A stretch of 64,000 bases of DNA from an uncultured delta proteobacterium. GTDB lineage: Bacteria > Myxococcota_A > Polyangia > Fen-1088. Within the stretch, counting starts at the first letter, position 1; each line of letters opens with the position of its first letter. The DNA lies in assembly GCA_963767925.1 (NCBI GenBank), contig CAVYGB010000010.1:32001-96000 (forward strand). Direction: 5' to 3'. Below are positions 1-15,675 of this stretch, piece by piece. The notes under the pieces are model-generated. The model searched no databases. It worked only from the letters and a program-made list of their open reading frames with translations, and was not told where the DNA came from. The position numbers and the translations under genes are program-made.

Positions 1-6194
<6,194 letters not shown>

Positions 6195-6339
6195 TTGTTC
6201 CTCCGGGCTGTCTGCGTCGTCGCGGGCCGATTCTCCGACCTCCTGGCGTGACCCCGTTCGTCCGGCAAGGAGCCGGGCGGCGCAGACTTCCGTGGGGCGG
6301 CCAGTAAGTAGGCGAAAAGCGTCGAGAAAAAGGTGAAAT

Positions 6340-6369
6340 TTTATACCACGTGCGGGTCTTCACCCTCAA
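6340..6369 (-). promoter_or_regulatory. Putative sigma70-type promoter for the giant TPR gene
   Basis: TTGAGG-N18-TATAAA with a TG extended -10, in an AT-rich patch downstream of a terminator. Confidence 0.45.
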
Positions 6370-6463
6370 CCGCCACAGCGCGTACAGAAGGGCTCATCGG
6401 ACCATCAATCGACGGATTCAGCCCGTCTCCGGAGAGGAAACCGGAGGACAGACGGCCAGCACG

Positions 6464-6500
6464 AAAAAAAGCCGAGACCCCACCTCCGGGTGTCTCGGCT
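6464..6500 (-). terminator. Intrinsic terminator after the gltC-G/TPR lipoprotein operon
   Basis: Minus strand AGCCGAGAC...GTCTCGGCT stem followed by a T run, about 55 nt after the stop at 6555. Confidence 0.8.
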
Positions 6501-6554
6501 CTTCCGGCGGGATCGCCGGCCTGTATCCGCTGTGGGTGTGTCGACCAGAGAGGC

Positions 6555-7442
6555 CTACGAACCGCTCAGGGCGTACAGCTTGTCGTTGGCCGCCTTGACG
6601 TAGCCGAAGCCGCCTTCCTTGGCGCCGGCGTTGCTGACGTATTTCTGCAGGTACTCGCGGGCCCGCTCCTTGTGGTCGTTGGCCCGGCTCTGCTCGTACC
6701 AGTCGGCATAGGTCATGCCAGCGTTGTAGACGGCGGTGGTCAGCCCCGGCTCGAGCTCGAGGGCCCGCTTGAACTGGGTCGTCGCCTGGTCGAACTGGCG
6801 GAGATCCTTGAGGGCCAGGCCCCAGCCGTTGAAGCACTCCGAGCTGTGCTCGTTGGCCCGCACGCACTCGGAGAACACCTGGGATGCCTCCTTGGCGGCG
6901 TCGTAGTCCAGGTAGAGGTGCCCGAGGTCGACGAAGGGCTTGTCCAGGCGGGCGTTGGCCTCGATGGCCTTCCGCAGGGCGACGTCCGCCTCCTTGGGCC
7001 GCTCGAGGCGGATGTAGACCTGGCCCAGGCGCCAGTTGGCCTTGAACAGCTTGCTGTCGAGCTCGACCGCCTTGCGGAGCGCCCCCTCGGCCTTGTCGAG
7101 CTGGCGGGCCTCGAAATAGGCCTCTCCCAGGTCATAGAAGTAGCTGGCGTTGCTGGGCGCCCGCTGGGTGGCCGACTCGAAGGCCTCGATGGCTTTGTCC
7201 CACTTGCGCTGCTTCTGGTACACCTTGCCGAGGTTGAAGTGGGCGATGTCGTAGGCGGGGTCGGTCTGGATGGCGAGCTTGAGCTGTTGCTCGGCCGTGT
7301 CGTAGAGGCCCGTGTTGGCCGCCTCGGTCCCCTTGTTGGAAAAGTTCATCGCCTTGATCCGCTCCTGACTGCAGACGAAGGCGTCGCAGGCGGACATCGA
7401 CAGGGCGATCGCGAGGAGAGTCCTCAGGCTGTTTGCGGTCAT
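6555..7442 (-). CDS. TPR-repeat lipoprotein
   Basis: Start re-assigned to ATG 7442 (GGAGG RBS). Signal peptide MTANSLRTLLAIALSMSAC with lipobox-like Cys, then about 7 TPR motifs (AHFNLGKVY, YFYDLGEAY, AVYNAGMTY). Confidence 0.85.
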   Translation of the reverse strand: MTANSLRTLLAIALSMSACDAFVCSQERIKAMNFSNKGTEAANTGLYDTAEQQLKLAIQTDPAYDIAHFNLGKVYQKQRKWDKAIEAFESATQRAPSNASYFYDLGEAYFEARQLDKAEGALRKAVELDSKLFKANWRLGQVYIRLERPKEADVALRKAIEANARLDKPFVDLGHLYLDYDAAKEASQVFSECVRANEHSSECFNGWGLALKDLRQFDQATTQFKRALELEPGLTTAVYNAGMTYADWYEQSRANDHKERAREYLQKYVSNAGAKEGGFGYVKAANDKLYALSGS

Positions 7443-7468
7443 GCTTGCGCCTCCAGGTACCTCGCCGC

Positions 7469-9703
7469 TCACTCGCCAGCGCCGCCGGCGGGCGTGAAGT
7501 TGAACGGATAGGTGACGATGACGATACCGCCGCCGAGGGGCTTGGGGAACTCCCAACGACGCACGGCCTGCACCACGCAGTTCTCGACCCGGGCGTTGCC
7601 CATGGTGGAGTTCTGCAGCACCGACGCCACCACCTGACCGGTCGCGGCGATGGTGAACTGGACCGCGACCCGTCCGCCGAGCTCCGGCTTGCGGGTGAGC
7701 TCCTGCTCGTAGCAGTACTTCACCTCGTTGATGTGCCGCCGGATGATGCGGCGGATGATCTCCTTGTCGAGCGAGCCGCGCACGTTGGCCTGCCCGGGCA
7801 TGACCTCGGGCGCCCGCGCCCGACGCCCACCCAGCCCGCCGGCGCCCCGGCCGTAGCCCGAGCCGCTGCCGCCGCCGCCCCCCTTGCCGATGGTGCCGAG
7901 GTTGCCGAGGCCGATGGTGCCCTCGCCGGTGCCGCCGCCGCCGGCGCCGGTGCCGACCAGGCCCAGGCCGCCGATGCCGTAGGCCTCGCCGATCTGGTTG
8001 CCGATCAGGCCGCCGAGGACGTTCTCCGGGTCGCTGCCCAGGGCGGTGTCACGCCCGAAGATCGAGGCGATGTGCGACCCCTCGGCCATCTTGAGGACGC
8101 CCAGGATGCCGGCGTTCTTGACCTCTTCCTCGGCCAGCTTCTTGGCCAGGTGGGGATCGATGTTGTCCTTGGGACCCTGGAGACCGTAAAGACCCTTCTT
8201 CTTGTCGGAGGTCTTCTTCCCCATCTTCCCTTCGTCGTCCTTGTGACGCTTGCCCTTGCCCCCCTGCTCGTCGGCCCCGCTCTTCTTGAGCCACTCCGGG
8301 ATCTCCTCTTCCTTCTCCTCGGGCGGCTTGATGAGGAAGTTCACGAAGCGGTTGTCGGAGTTGAAGAGATCGAGCGAGAGGGACTTGGGGTCGGGCGGGA
8401 CGGAGAAGATCATCAGCAGGAACAGGAGGATCGCGATGGCCGATCCCACGGTGTAGACCTGCTCGTTCCACTTCCAGATGAGGAAGGGGGTGGCCAGCGT
8501 GCGCGGCCGCGGGGTCGAGGAGATGTTGAAGGTCGTCTCCCCGGCGTCGATGCGCGCGCGTCCACCCTGGGGCAGCGAGAAGCTGGGGCCTCGCTGCTGC
8601 ACGAACTGGGCGAGTGGAATCGCCCGTCCGTCGGCGTTCACCTCGCCGGTCATGGCCGGGGTGACGTTGACCACCAGCTCGCGCCCCGAGCCCTTGACGA
8701 GGGTGTGGGCGGCACCGCCGGTGAACTCGTTCGCCACCGGGGCGTCGGCGCTGGGATCGGCCCCGATGATGTAGTCGTGGTGCTTCTCGTGCCGGCGCTT
8801 GAGCCCCATGTACACGAGGCTCAGGCCCAGGGCCCAGCCCAGGAACACGACGACGTCGACGGCCGGGCTGCGTGGCTTCCAGTTGAAGGCCCGCGCCTCC
8901 TTGTTGGCGGCGAGGTGGGCGTCGTAGGCGATCCTCTCGCCGCCCACGTCCTGAACGGTGTAAACGAAGGCTCCGAGGGCCACGAGGATGGCGAGGATGC
9001 CCGCCGCGAGCATGCCGCGGGCCTGGCCGGACAGGGCCTTGGCCCCGGCGTCGTAGAGGTGCCTCGTGTTGACCACCACGCCGCGGAACATGGCCTGAAC
9101 CTCGAGCGCGCTCGAGCCGTCGAGCTCCTCAACCTCGGCCGCCATGGCCGAGGGGGCGCTGGGGGGCGGCGAGGACCAGGAGCCCGCCGTGGCCGAGGGG
9201 GGAGACGGCGGGGGGATCGGGGGAGGCGCGGCCGCGTAGCTGGGGATCTGCCCGGTGGACGGCGGCGGCTGGTAGCCCGGGATGGGGGCGGTTCCGGTGA
9301 AGGAGACCGGCGGAGGGGCGGCGCTGGGCCGGGCCGCCGGCTGGGCGGCGGCGGCAGCCGACACGTGGGGCGCCACGACGGTGGACTCTTCCTCCTCGAG
9401 GAAGGTCACGAGCACCCGGATGTCTCCGAAGTTGATCTCGTCGCCCGAGCGCAGGCGGACCTTCGTGATCCGCTCCCCGTTGACCAGCGTGCCCCGGGTC
9501 GACCCGAGATCGATGAGCTGGACGTCGTCGCCGCCATTGACCTCGACCACCGCGTGCATGCGCGAGACGGAGTCGTCGTCGATGCGCAGGTGGGAGGAGG
9601 CCAGCTTGCCGACCTTGATGACCGGCTCGTTGATCACTTCCTCTTTGAGGAGCTCGTCCCCTTTCCAGAGCTCGAACTTGAGGGGTAGGTTCGCGTTCGC
9701 CAT
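7469..9703 (-). CDS. gltG: Gliding motility protein GltG/PglI (FHA, TM, Gly-rich linker, TonB-C-like domain)
   Basis: N-terminal FHA (VSRMHA, DLGSTRGTLVNG), Pro-rich linker, TM helices, Gly-rich stretch, C-terminal GSLDKEIIRRIIRRH...CYEQEL...WEFPKP...YPFNF. Confidence 0.9.
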   Translation of the reverse strand: MANANLPLKFELWKGDELLKEEVINEPVIKVGKLASSHLRIDDDSVSRMHAVVEVNGGDDVQLIDLGSTRGTLVNGERITKVRLRSGDEINFGDIRVLVTFLEEEESTVVAPHVSAAAAAQPAARPSAAPPPVSFTGTAPIPGYQPPPSTGQIPSYAAAPPPIPPPSPPSATAGSWSSPPPSAPSAMAAEVEELDGSSALEVQAMFRGVVVNTRHLYDAGAKALSGQARGMLAAGILAILVALGAFVYTVQDVGGERIAYDAHLAANKEARAFNWKPRSPAVDVVVFLGWALGLSLVYMGLKRRHEKHHDYIIGADPSADAPVANEFTGGAAHTLVKGSGRELVVNVTPAMTGEVNADGRAIPLAQFVQQRGPSFSLPQGGRARIDAGETTFNISSTPRPRTLATPFLIWKWNEQVYTVGSAIAILLFLLMIFSVPPDPKSLSLDLFNSDNRFVNFLIKPPEEKEEEIPEWLKKSGADEQGGKGKRHKDDEGKMGKKTSDKKKGLYGLQGPKDNIDPHLAKKLAEEEVKNAGILGVLKMAEGSHIASIFGRDTALGSDPENVLGGLIGNQIGEAYGIGGLGLVGTGAGGGGTGEGTIGLGNLGTIGKGGGGGSGSGYGRGAGGLGGRRARAPEVMPGQANVRGSLDKEIIRRIIRRHINEVKYCYEQELTRKPELGGRVAVQFTIAATGQVVASVLQNSTMGNARVENCVVQAVRRWEFPKPLGGGIVIVTYPFNFTPAGGAGE

Positions 9704-9790
9704 GGTCTGTCTCCCGGGTAGGGCTCCGCCGAGGCTGCGGAGGCCCTGCTACGTCACGCGGCCAGAGTGGGGTAGTTAGAGGTCTGTCGT

Positions 9791-10111
9791 CTAGAGATCT
9801 TCGAGGGACTTGAGCATCTCGGGGATGAAGTCCTTCCGGATCTCGATGAGGCTGGAGTGCTTCACGGTCCTGACCGAATCGATGAGCTCACCGTCGGGGC
9901 GCTGCAGATCGCCCTCCACCATGTCGTCCTCGAAGTCGTAGACGGTCTTGGCCTTGTAGGTGGTGTTGTCCTCACCGGCCGCCGGGGCGGTGGCCCGGGG
10001 TGCGCTGGCCGCCGAGCCTGCGGGAGCGGGCTTGGCTGGCTCCTGCGCCAGGACGGCCCCCCCGAAGAGCAGGGACAACGCGACCGCGGTCAGGGACTTC
10101 GAGAGCTTCAT
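9791..10111 (-). CDS. gltF: Small secreted gliding protein GltF/CglF
   Basis: Signal peptide plus TVYDFEDDMVEGDLQRPDGE...SLIEIRKDFIPEMLKSLEDL; position between gltE and gltG. Confidence 0.85.
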   Translation of the reverse strand: MKLSKSLTAVALSLLFGGAVLAQEPAKPAPAGSAASAPRATAPAAGEDNTTYKAKTVYDFEDDMVEGDLQRPDGELIDSVRTVKHSSLIEIRKDFIPEMLKSLEDL

Positions 10112-10217
10112 CGTGGCCTCCTCGCCGGCGATTCAGGACATGGATCCAGACAACCGGGGAACAACAAAGTTCCCCGGCCTCGCTGATAACTCGACGCGCT
10201 AACGGGCCGGGGCCCGC

Positions 10218-11975
10218 TCACTTGCTGGATTTGGACGCCGCCGGACCGCCGGCAGCGGGAGGGGGGGCGGTCGGTGGCGGCTGGACCGCAGGAGGCTGGG
10301 TGGCGGCAGCCGGGGTAGCCCCGGCCTCGGCGGGGGCCTTACCCTCGGCGCCAGGAGCCTGGGTGGTTGGCTGGGGAGGCTGCTGCTGCTGCTTCTCCTG
10401 CTCCTGCATCTTGCGGAGCTCCTCTTCCATCTGCTTCTGCTGCTGCTCCATCTTGCGCTGCAGCTCCTCGGCCTCCTTCTGCAGCTTGGCAGCCTCTTCC
10501 AGGGCGGAGATGGTGTCGTCGATGTCCTTGATGCGCTTCTCCGCATCACGCCGCTTGGTGGTAGAGCGTCCCCGTCCGAGGAAGTCGCGGTAATACTGCT
10601 GCGCCTTGAGCAGGTTGGGCCGGTCGATCCCCTTGTACTCCTGGTAGAGCAGGCCGAGGTTGAAGTAGCTGTCGCCGCTCTGGGGGTCGATCTTCTGGGC
10701 CGCCAGGTACTGCTGCTCGGCCTCGTCGAACTTCCGGTTCCCGCGCAGGGCCACGCCGAGGCCGATCATGGCGTCGTAGTTCTTCGGCAGGGCAGTCAGC
10801 ACCGCCCGGAAGTTCTCCTCGGCGGTGGGATAGTCGCGGTAGTTGAGCGACAGGGCGGCCAGGTTCAACCGAGCCTCGTGCAGCTCGGAGTCCATATCCA
10901 CCGCCTTGCGGAAGTAGGCGATGGCGTCGGAGACCTCTTTCCGCTTCAGGGAGACCAGGCCCATGGTGTTGAACACCATGCCGAGGGCCTTCTTCATCTC
11001 GGGGGTGTAGCCGGTGCCCCGCACCGCCAGCTCGCGGCCGCGGGCGGCCGGCCCCTCCTCCTCGGCGCCCGGACCGCGGCGGCCCCGGGCTGGACGGCGG
11101 CCGGCGCCGGGCCGGGTGCGCTCGTCCTCGACCAGGGCGTCGCGCCCACCGGCGTATTTGCCGGTCGCGATCTCCTCGGCCCGCCAGATCGCCTGGGTCC
11201 CCACCAGCCGGGCCATCTCGTACAGCGGCGGCTCGCGGTCGTAATAGAAGTAACAGAGGCTGGCGTAGGCCTGCAGGTTGTTGCCGTCGACGGCGAGCAC
11301 CGTGCGCAGGTGGTCCACCGCCTCACGGTAGTAGCGCCCCTTCTCCTCGGCGCTGGTCGTCCGCCGGGCCTTGTCCCGCAGGATCTGGGCGAGGTTGAGC
11401 CGGGCCGACACCGAGCCGAGCTGCTTGTCCGCCTCGACCGAGCGCATGAACATGGCCTCGGCCCGGGCCTCGTCGCCTTTTTGCCAGGCCACGAACCCGA
11501 GCTGGGCGAGGGCCGCGGCGTAGGGCTTGGGCCCCGTCGCGAGCTGCTCCCAGATCGGCATGGCCTCGGCCTCCTGGCCACACTCGAACAGCACCGCCGC
11601 CTGGTTGTGGCGGGCCTCGATGAGGGCCGGGTACTGGCGGGCCAGCCCCCCGAAGTCCGAAGCGAGCGTGGCGCAGGTCTTCTTGAAGGAGCCCTCGCGG
11701 CGGGCCTGCTCCCAGCGGATGACGACCTCGTCGAACTCCTTCTGCTGGGCCTCGGAGATGTCCCGCTTGGAGGTGGGGGCGGCGGCCGCCACCGCCTTGG
11801 TGCCGGCCAGGGGGTCGCTGGTCTTCTGGGGCCGGGCAATGGCCTCGTCCTCCAGCTCTTTCCCCGACGTCTGGCCCATCTGCTGGCCGGCGCAGCCGGC
11901 CGCGCCGGCCAGGACCGCGCCGAGCAGCAGCGGCAGCCCCGGTCGACGGCCGCGGTGTGACCTCATGATCTGCAT
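10218..11975 (-). CDS. gltE: TPR lipoprotein GltE/AglT
   Basis: Lipobox AAGC, TPR repeats, Gln/Glu coiled coil and Pro/Ala tail; directly after gltD. Confidence 0.8.
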   Translation of the reverse strand: MQIMRSHRGRRPGLPLLLGAVLAGAAGCAGQQMGQTSGKELEDEAIARPQKTSDPLAGTKAVAAAAPTSKRDISEAQQKEFDEVVIRWEQARREGSFKKTCATLASDFGGLARQYPALIEARHNQAAVLFECGQEAEAMPIWEQLATGPKPYAAALAQLGFVAWQKGDEARAEAMFMRSVEADKQLGSVSARLNLAQILRDKARRTTSAEEKGRYYREAVDHLRTVLAVDGNNLQAYASLCYFYYDREPPLYEMARLVGTQAIWRAEEIATGKYAGGRDALVEDERTRPGAGRRPARGRRGPGAEEEGPAARGRELAVRGTGYTPEMKKALGMVFNTMGLVSLKRKEVSDAIAYFRKAVDMDSELHEARLNLAALSLNYRDYPTAEENFRAVLTALPKNYDAMIGLGVALRGNRKFDEAEQQYLAAQKIDPQSGDSYFNLGLLYQEYKGIDRPNLLKAQQYYRDFLGRGRSTTKRRDAEKRIKDIDDTISALEEAAKLQKEAEELQRKMEQQQKQMEEELRKMQEQEKQQQQPPQPTTQAPGAEGKAPAEAGATPAAATQPPAVQPPPTAPPPAAGGPAASKSSK

Positions 11976-11985
11976 GGAACTCTCC

Positions 11986-14900
11986 TCAGTTGCCGGACTG
12001 GGCCTGGGTCTGACCCTGCGTCGCCGCGGCCATGGTGGCCGGCGAGGTGGCCAGCTCGGGGATGACCTTGGCGGGGGTGATGAGGGTCGAGGCGTAACCG
12101 GCTTCGGGACGAGCCTCGACCGCCAGCGGGTACTCCGAGGGCTGCATCTGGTTCATCTCGACCTCACACATCGCCGACCACTCGTTGAACCAGGACTCCT
12201 TGGTGGCGGCCTTGAGGCAGATCTCGTAGCCCTGGACCGCCTTGGCCTCGATCGGCTCGGCGCGGTCGACGAGCTCGTCGCAGAACAGCTCCCGCTCGTT
12301 CATGCCCCACTCGTTCTTGGACTTGAGCTCCTTGGGGATGGGGGCGGTGTAGAGCTGGTCGACGAAGTTGGCCCAGACCTGGCCGATGCGGGCCGACCCG
12401 GCGATGGTCCAGTGGGCGACCTTGTAGTCGAGGACCTTGTCGTAGATCCCCTTCCGGTCGGCGCTGGGACCGGCCAGCTTGACGGCGAGCAGACCCTTCT
12501 CGGTGATGTATCTGGTGAGCTTCTTGGCGTCTTCCTCGAAGCGCTTCTTCTTGGCCGCCGCCTTGCGGGGGGTGTCGAAGTTGTTGGGCCGCTGGAGCTG
12601 CAGGCCGTCGGGGAACTTCAGGCGCAGGAAGTCCTCGTAGGTCTTCTCGCCCTGGTAAAAGAGCGCGCCGGCCGCGGCGTGGGTGGCCAGCGCCACCCGG
12701 GGCTGCCGCTCGGGGCCGGCGGGCAGCTTGCCGAGGGCCCGGCCGTTGTCGAACAGCCGGAGGGCGTCGGAGAAGTGCTTCTGGGCGGTGGCCGAGAAGT
12801 TGCGGGTCCGGTCGAGGACGGTGATCTTGGACTTGGTGGGCGGACCACACTGGGTCCGCTCCTTCTCCTTGATCTTCATCTTCTTGTCGGTGATCCGCTT
12901 GTTGATCTCGTAAAAGGCCCGCTGGCGGCCGGTGGCGCTCACCCGCTCGATGCGGATGCAGGCGCCGTTGACCCCCTCCTGGGTGCAGGACTTCTTCCAG
13001 TAGTATTCGCCGAGCTTGAAGTGGGCCAGGAGCTGCTTCTCGATGGAGCCCTTGCTGCCCCACTGCCGGAGATAGGTCTCGAGGTGGCGGATGTGGTCGT
13101 TGACCCGGTTCTCCTTCTCGTAGACCTCGCCCATCTGGAAGAAGACGTCGGCCGCCTCGCGCGGCTTCTGCCCGCCGTACAGCCGGATGTAGTCGTTCAG
13201 GTCCTTGATGGCCTGATCGTATTCGCGCATGCCCACCCGGAACTTGTAGGCGTTGTTGAGGGCGTCGGCCGCCTCCCGCTCACCGGGGAACTTGGTGGCG
13301 AACTGCTCGTAGCGCTGGGCGGCCTCGCTGTAAAAGGCGATCTGGTGGTAGCCGGAGGCCACCTTGAACAGCGCCTTCTGGGCCAGGGGATCCTGGGGAT
13401 GGGTGCGGATGAGCTCGTTCCGAACCGCCACCGCCCGACCCACCAGGCGGGCGTTCTGGAAACAGACCGCCGAGTCGTAGAGCCGCTCGGCGTGTTTGGG
13501 GTGATCGGGCATCGACTCGGCGGCGGCCAGCATGGAACGGCCGCACTCCTTGTAGTTGCCGCGCTCCTCGTATTGCTTGGCCTCGATCACCAGGCCGTCG
13601 ACCTTCAAGTTCACCACGTTCTTGGCGAACTCCGCGTTCTTCATGAGCGCGGGGGTGTCCATGAACTTGTCGACCCAGCGAAGCGCCTCGCGGGTCTTGC
13701 CCGGCTGCTTGAGCCGCTCGCCCTGGATGTTGAGCGAGTCGAGCATCAGGTTGGCCGAATACTCTGCCAGCTCGTGGTCGGAGTGCTGGTCGACGACGTT
13801 CTGGAACAGCGCCACCGCGTCGTCGAAGTGGTTGTAGTCGTAGTAGATGCGGGCTTTGCGGTACTTGATCGTTACCAGCTCGGGCGCATCGGGCACGTAT
13901 TTGATGTACGTGTCGAAGGCCGCGATCATCTTCTTCTGGTACTCGGGGATGGGCTGGGGCTTGAAGTCCTTGGTGTTGTCGCCCTGCTTGTCGGGACCCT
14001 GGCCCTGGTCGTCGATGTTGAGGGCGTTCTTCCAGGCCAGCACGGCGGCGTAGGCCGAGTCCTTGACCCACTTGCCCTTGGGATCGAGCTCGACCACCCG
14101 GCCGTATTGCTCGGCCGCCTCTCGCCACATCTGCGTCGTCCACAGCACCTCGGCATAGTAGAAGGCCATGTCGAGCGCGCCCTTCTCCTTGGCGAAGCGA
14201 TCCAGGTAGTCCTTGTAGACGTAGCGGACGAGGACGTAGGTGTCCGGGTTCTTCGTGCGCTGGGCCTCCTTGTGCCAGACCAGCGCCAGCTCCTTGGAGA
14301 TGTCGTGGAAGGCGTTCCGGCACTCGGCGACGAGATCCTTCTTGGCGGCCGGCAAGGCCTTGACCCGGTCGTAGGCGATGCCGAGGCGGTTGACCTCCTG
14401 GACCTGATCCCGCTTGGTGCCCGCCGAGAGGGTGTTGCGAACCACCTTGTTCTGCCACTCGCACAGGCGGGGCGACTCGGGGTTGAGCACCATCATCTTG
14501 TGATAGACCTTGGTCGAGTCGGCGAACATGCCCTGCTCCCAGTAGAGCTCGGACAGGCCTTCCATCATGCGGGGGGCGAAGTCGCCGCCCACCCGGTTGA
14601 AGAACTCCCAGGCCTTGTCGGGACCGGCCCCGGGCGTGCGAGCGTAGGCCTTGACGACGTCCTTCTTGGCCTCGCGCTCGAGCGCCTGGTTGGCCAGCTT
14701 GCTTCCGCCCGCCTTGCCCGATTGGGCCAGGCGGATGACGTCGACGAAGGTCTGCAGGGCGGCGCGAAAGTCGCCCAGATTGATGTAGCACCAACCCTTC
14801 TTGTAGACGGCGTAGCCATAGACCGACGACTTGGGGAACTGCTCGACCTTCTCGTAGAACTTCTTCGCCGCGTCCATCTCCCCCTTGTCGAAGAAGAACT

Positions 14901-15615
14901 GGGCGAACGAGAGGTAGGCGTCGGGGACGTACTTCGAGTTGGGGTAGTCCTTGATCAGGCGCAGGAAGAACTCGCGGGCCTGCTCCTCCTTCTTGATGGT
15001 CTGCAGGAGGTAGGCGAGCCGGAAGAGGACCTCGTCCATCTTCTCGTACTTGCGAAACTGGGAGGCGGCTACGTAGGACTCGACCGCCCGGAGCAGCCAG
15101 CGGCGCTCCTCTTCCTCGAAGCGCTTCTGCTGCTGCTCGAGACGGGCCTTGTCCCCGCCCTTGGCCTGGAAGATCTTCTCGTCGAGGCTACGAGCCTGGA
15201 AGTTCGTGTAGCGCTGCTGCTCGTAGTAGAGCTCGGCGATGCGGAAGTGGAACTCCGCCTTCTGAGGATCGTCGTCCTCGGTCACGCGCAGCAGGCGCTG
15301 GTATTTCTCGATGGTGACCCGGTTGATCTTGACGATCTTCTCCTGCCTGACACCGCGGAACTCCTCGACCGTCATCAGGGGGCCGGTGGCCTGCTTGACG
15401 TCCTTGACCGGGCCCTGCGGCTTGGTCAGCGCGGTCTGGGGCACGCCGACGACGTCGACCTCTTTCTTGGTGTAGCGGGCCTTGCCCTGAGCCGACGGGT
15501 CGCCGGCAGCGGGGGCCTGGGCCTCGCCGGCCGCCGGGGTCAGGAGCATCACCGTTGCCGCCAGCACGGCCGACCGCTGGGCTGCCACTTTCAAACCGTT
15601 TCCTGCTGCCTTCAT
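11986..15615 (-). CDS. gltD: Periplasmic TPR protein GltD/AgmU
   Basis: 1209 aa, signal peptide, TPR clusters (LIKDYPNSKYVPDAYLSFAQFFF, YAVYKKGWCYINL), C-terminal WFNEWSAMC motif. Confidence 0.85.
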   Translation of the reverse strand: MKAAGNGLKVAAQRSAVLAATVMLLTPAAGEAQAPAAGDPSAQGKARYTKKEVDVVGVPQTALTKPQGPVKDVKQATGPLMTVEEFRGVRQEKIVKINRVTIEKYQRLLRVTEDDDPQKAEFHFRIAELYYEQQRYTNFQARSLDEKIFQAKGGDKARLEQQQKRFEEEERRWLLRAVESYVAASQFRKYEKMDEVLFRLAYLLQTIKKEEQAREFFLRLIKDYPNSKYVPDAYLSFAQFFFDKGEMDAAKKFYEKVEQFPKSSVYGYAVYKKGWCYINLGDFRAALQTFVDVIRLAQSGKAGGSKLANQALEREAKKDVVKAYARTPGAGPDKAWEFFNRVGGDFAPRMMEGLSELYWEQGMFADSTKVYHKMMVLNPESPRLCEWQNKVVRNTLSAGTKRDQVQEVNRLGIAYDRVKALPAAKKDLVAECRNAFHDISKELALVWHKEAQRTKNPDTYVLVRYVYKDYLDRFAKEKGALDMAFYYAEVLWTTQMWREAAEQYGRVVELDPKGKWVKDSAYAAVLAWKNALNIDDQGQGPDKQGDNTKDFKPQPIPEYQKKMIAAFDTYIKYVPDAPELVTIKYRKARIYYDYNHFDDAVALFQNVVDQHSDHELAEYSANLMLDSLNIQGERLKQPGKTREALRWVDKFMDTPALMKNAEFAKNVVNLKVDGLVIEAKQYEERGNYKECGRSMLAAAESMPDHPKHAERLYDSAVCFQNARLVGRAVAVRNELIRTHPQDPLAQKALFKVASGYHQIAFYSEAAQRYEQFATKFPGEREAADALNNAYKFRVGMREYDQAIKDLNDYIRLYGGQKPREAADVFFQMGEVYEKENRVNDHIRHLETYLRQWGSKGSIEKQLLAHFKLGEYYWKKSCTQEGVNGACIRIERVSATGRQRAFYEINKRITDKKMKIKEKERTQCGPPTKSKITVLDRTRNFSATAQKHFSDALRLFDNGRALGKLPAGPERQPRVALATHAAAGALFYQGEKTYEDFLRLKFPDGLQLQRPNNFDTPRKAAAKKKRFEEDAKKLTRYITEKGLLAVKLAGPSADRKGIYDKVLDYKVAHWTIAGSARIGQVWANFVDQLYTAPIPKELKSKNEWGMNERELFCDELVDRAEPIEAKAVQGYEICLKAATKESWFNEWSAMCEVEMNQMQPSEYPLAVEARPEAGYASTLITPAKVIPELATSPATMAAATQGQTQAQSGN

Positions 15616-15675
15616 GATGTCCTCACTTCATCGAAGATCGAGTGTGTCAACATCGGGTCGACGCGGGTTGATCCA

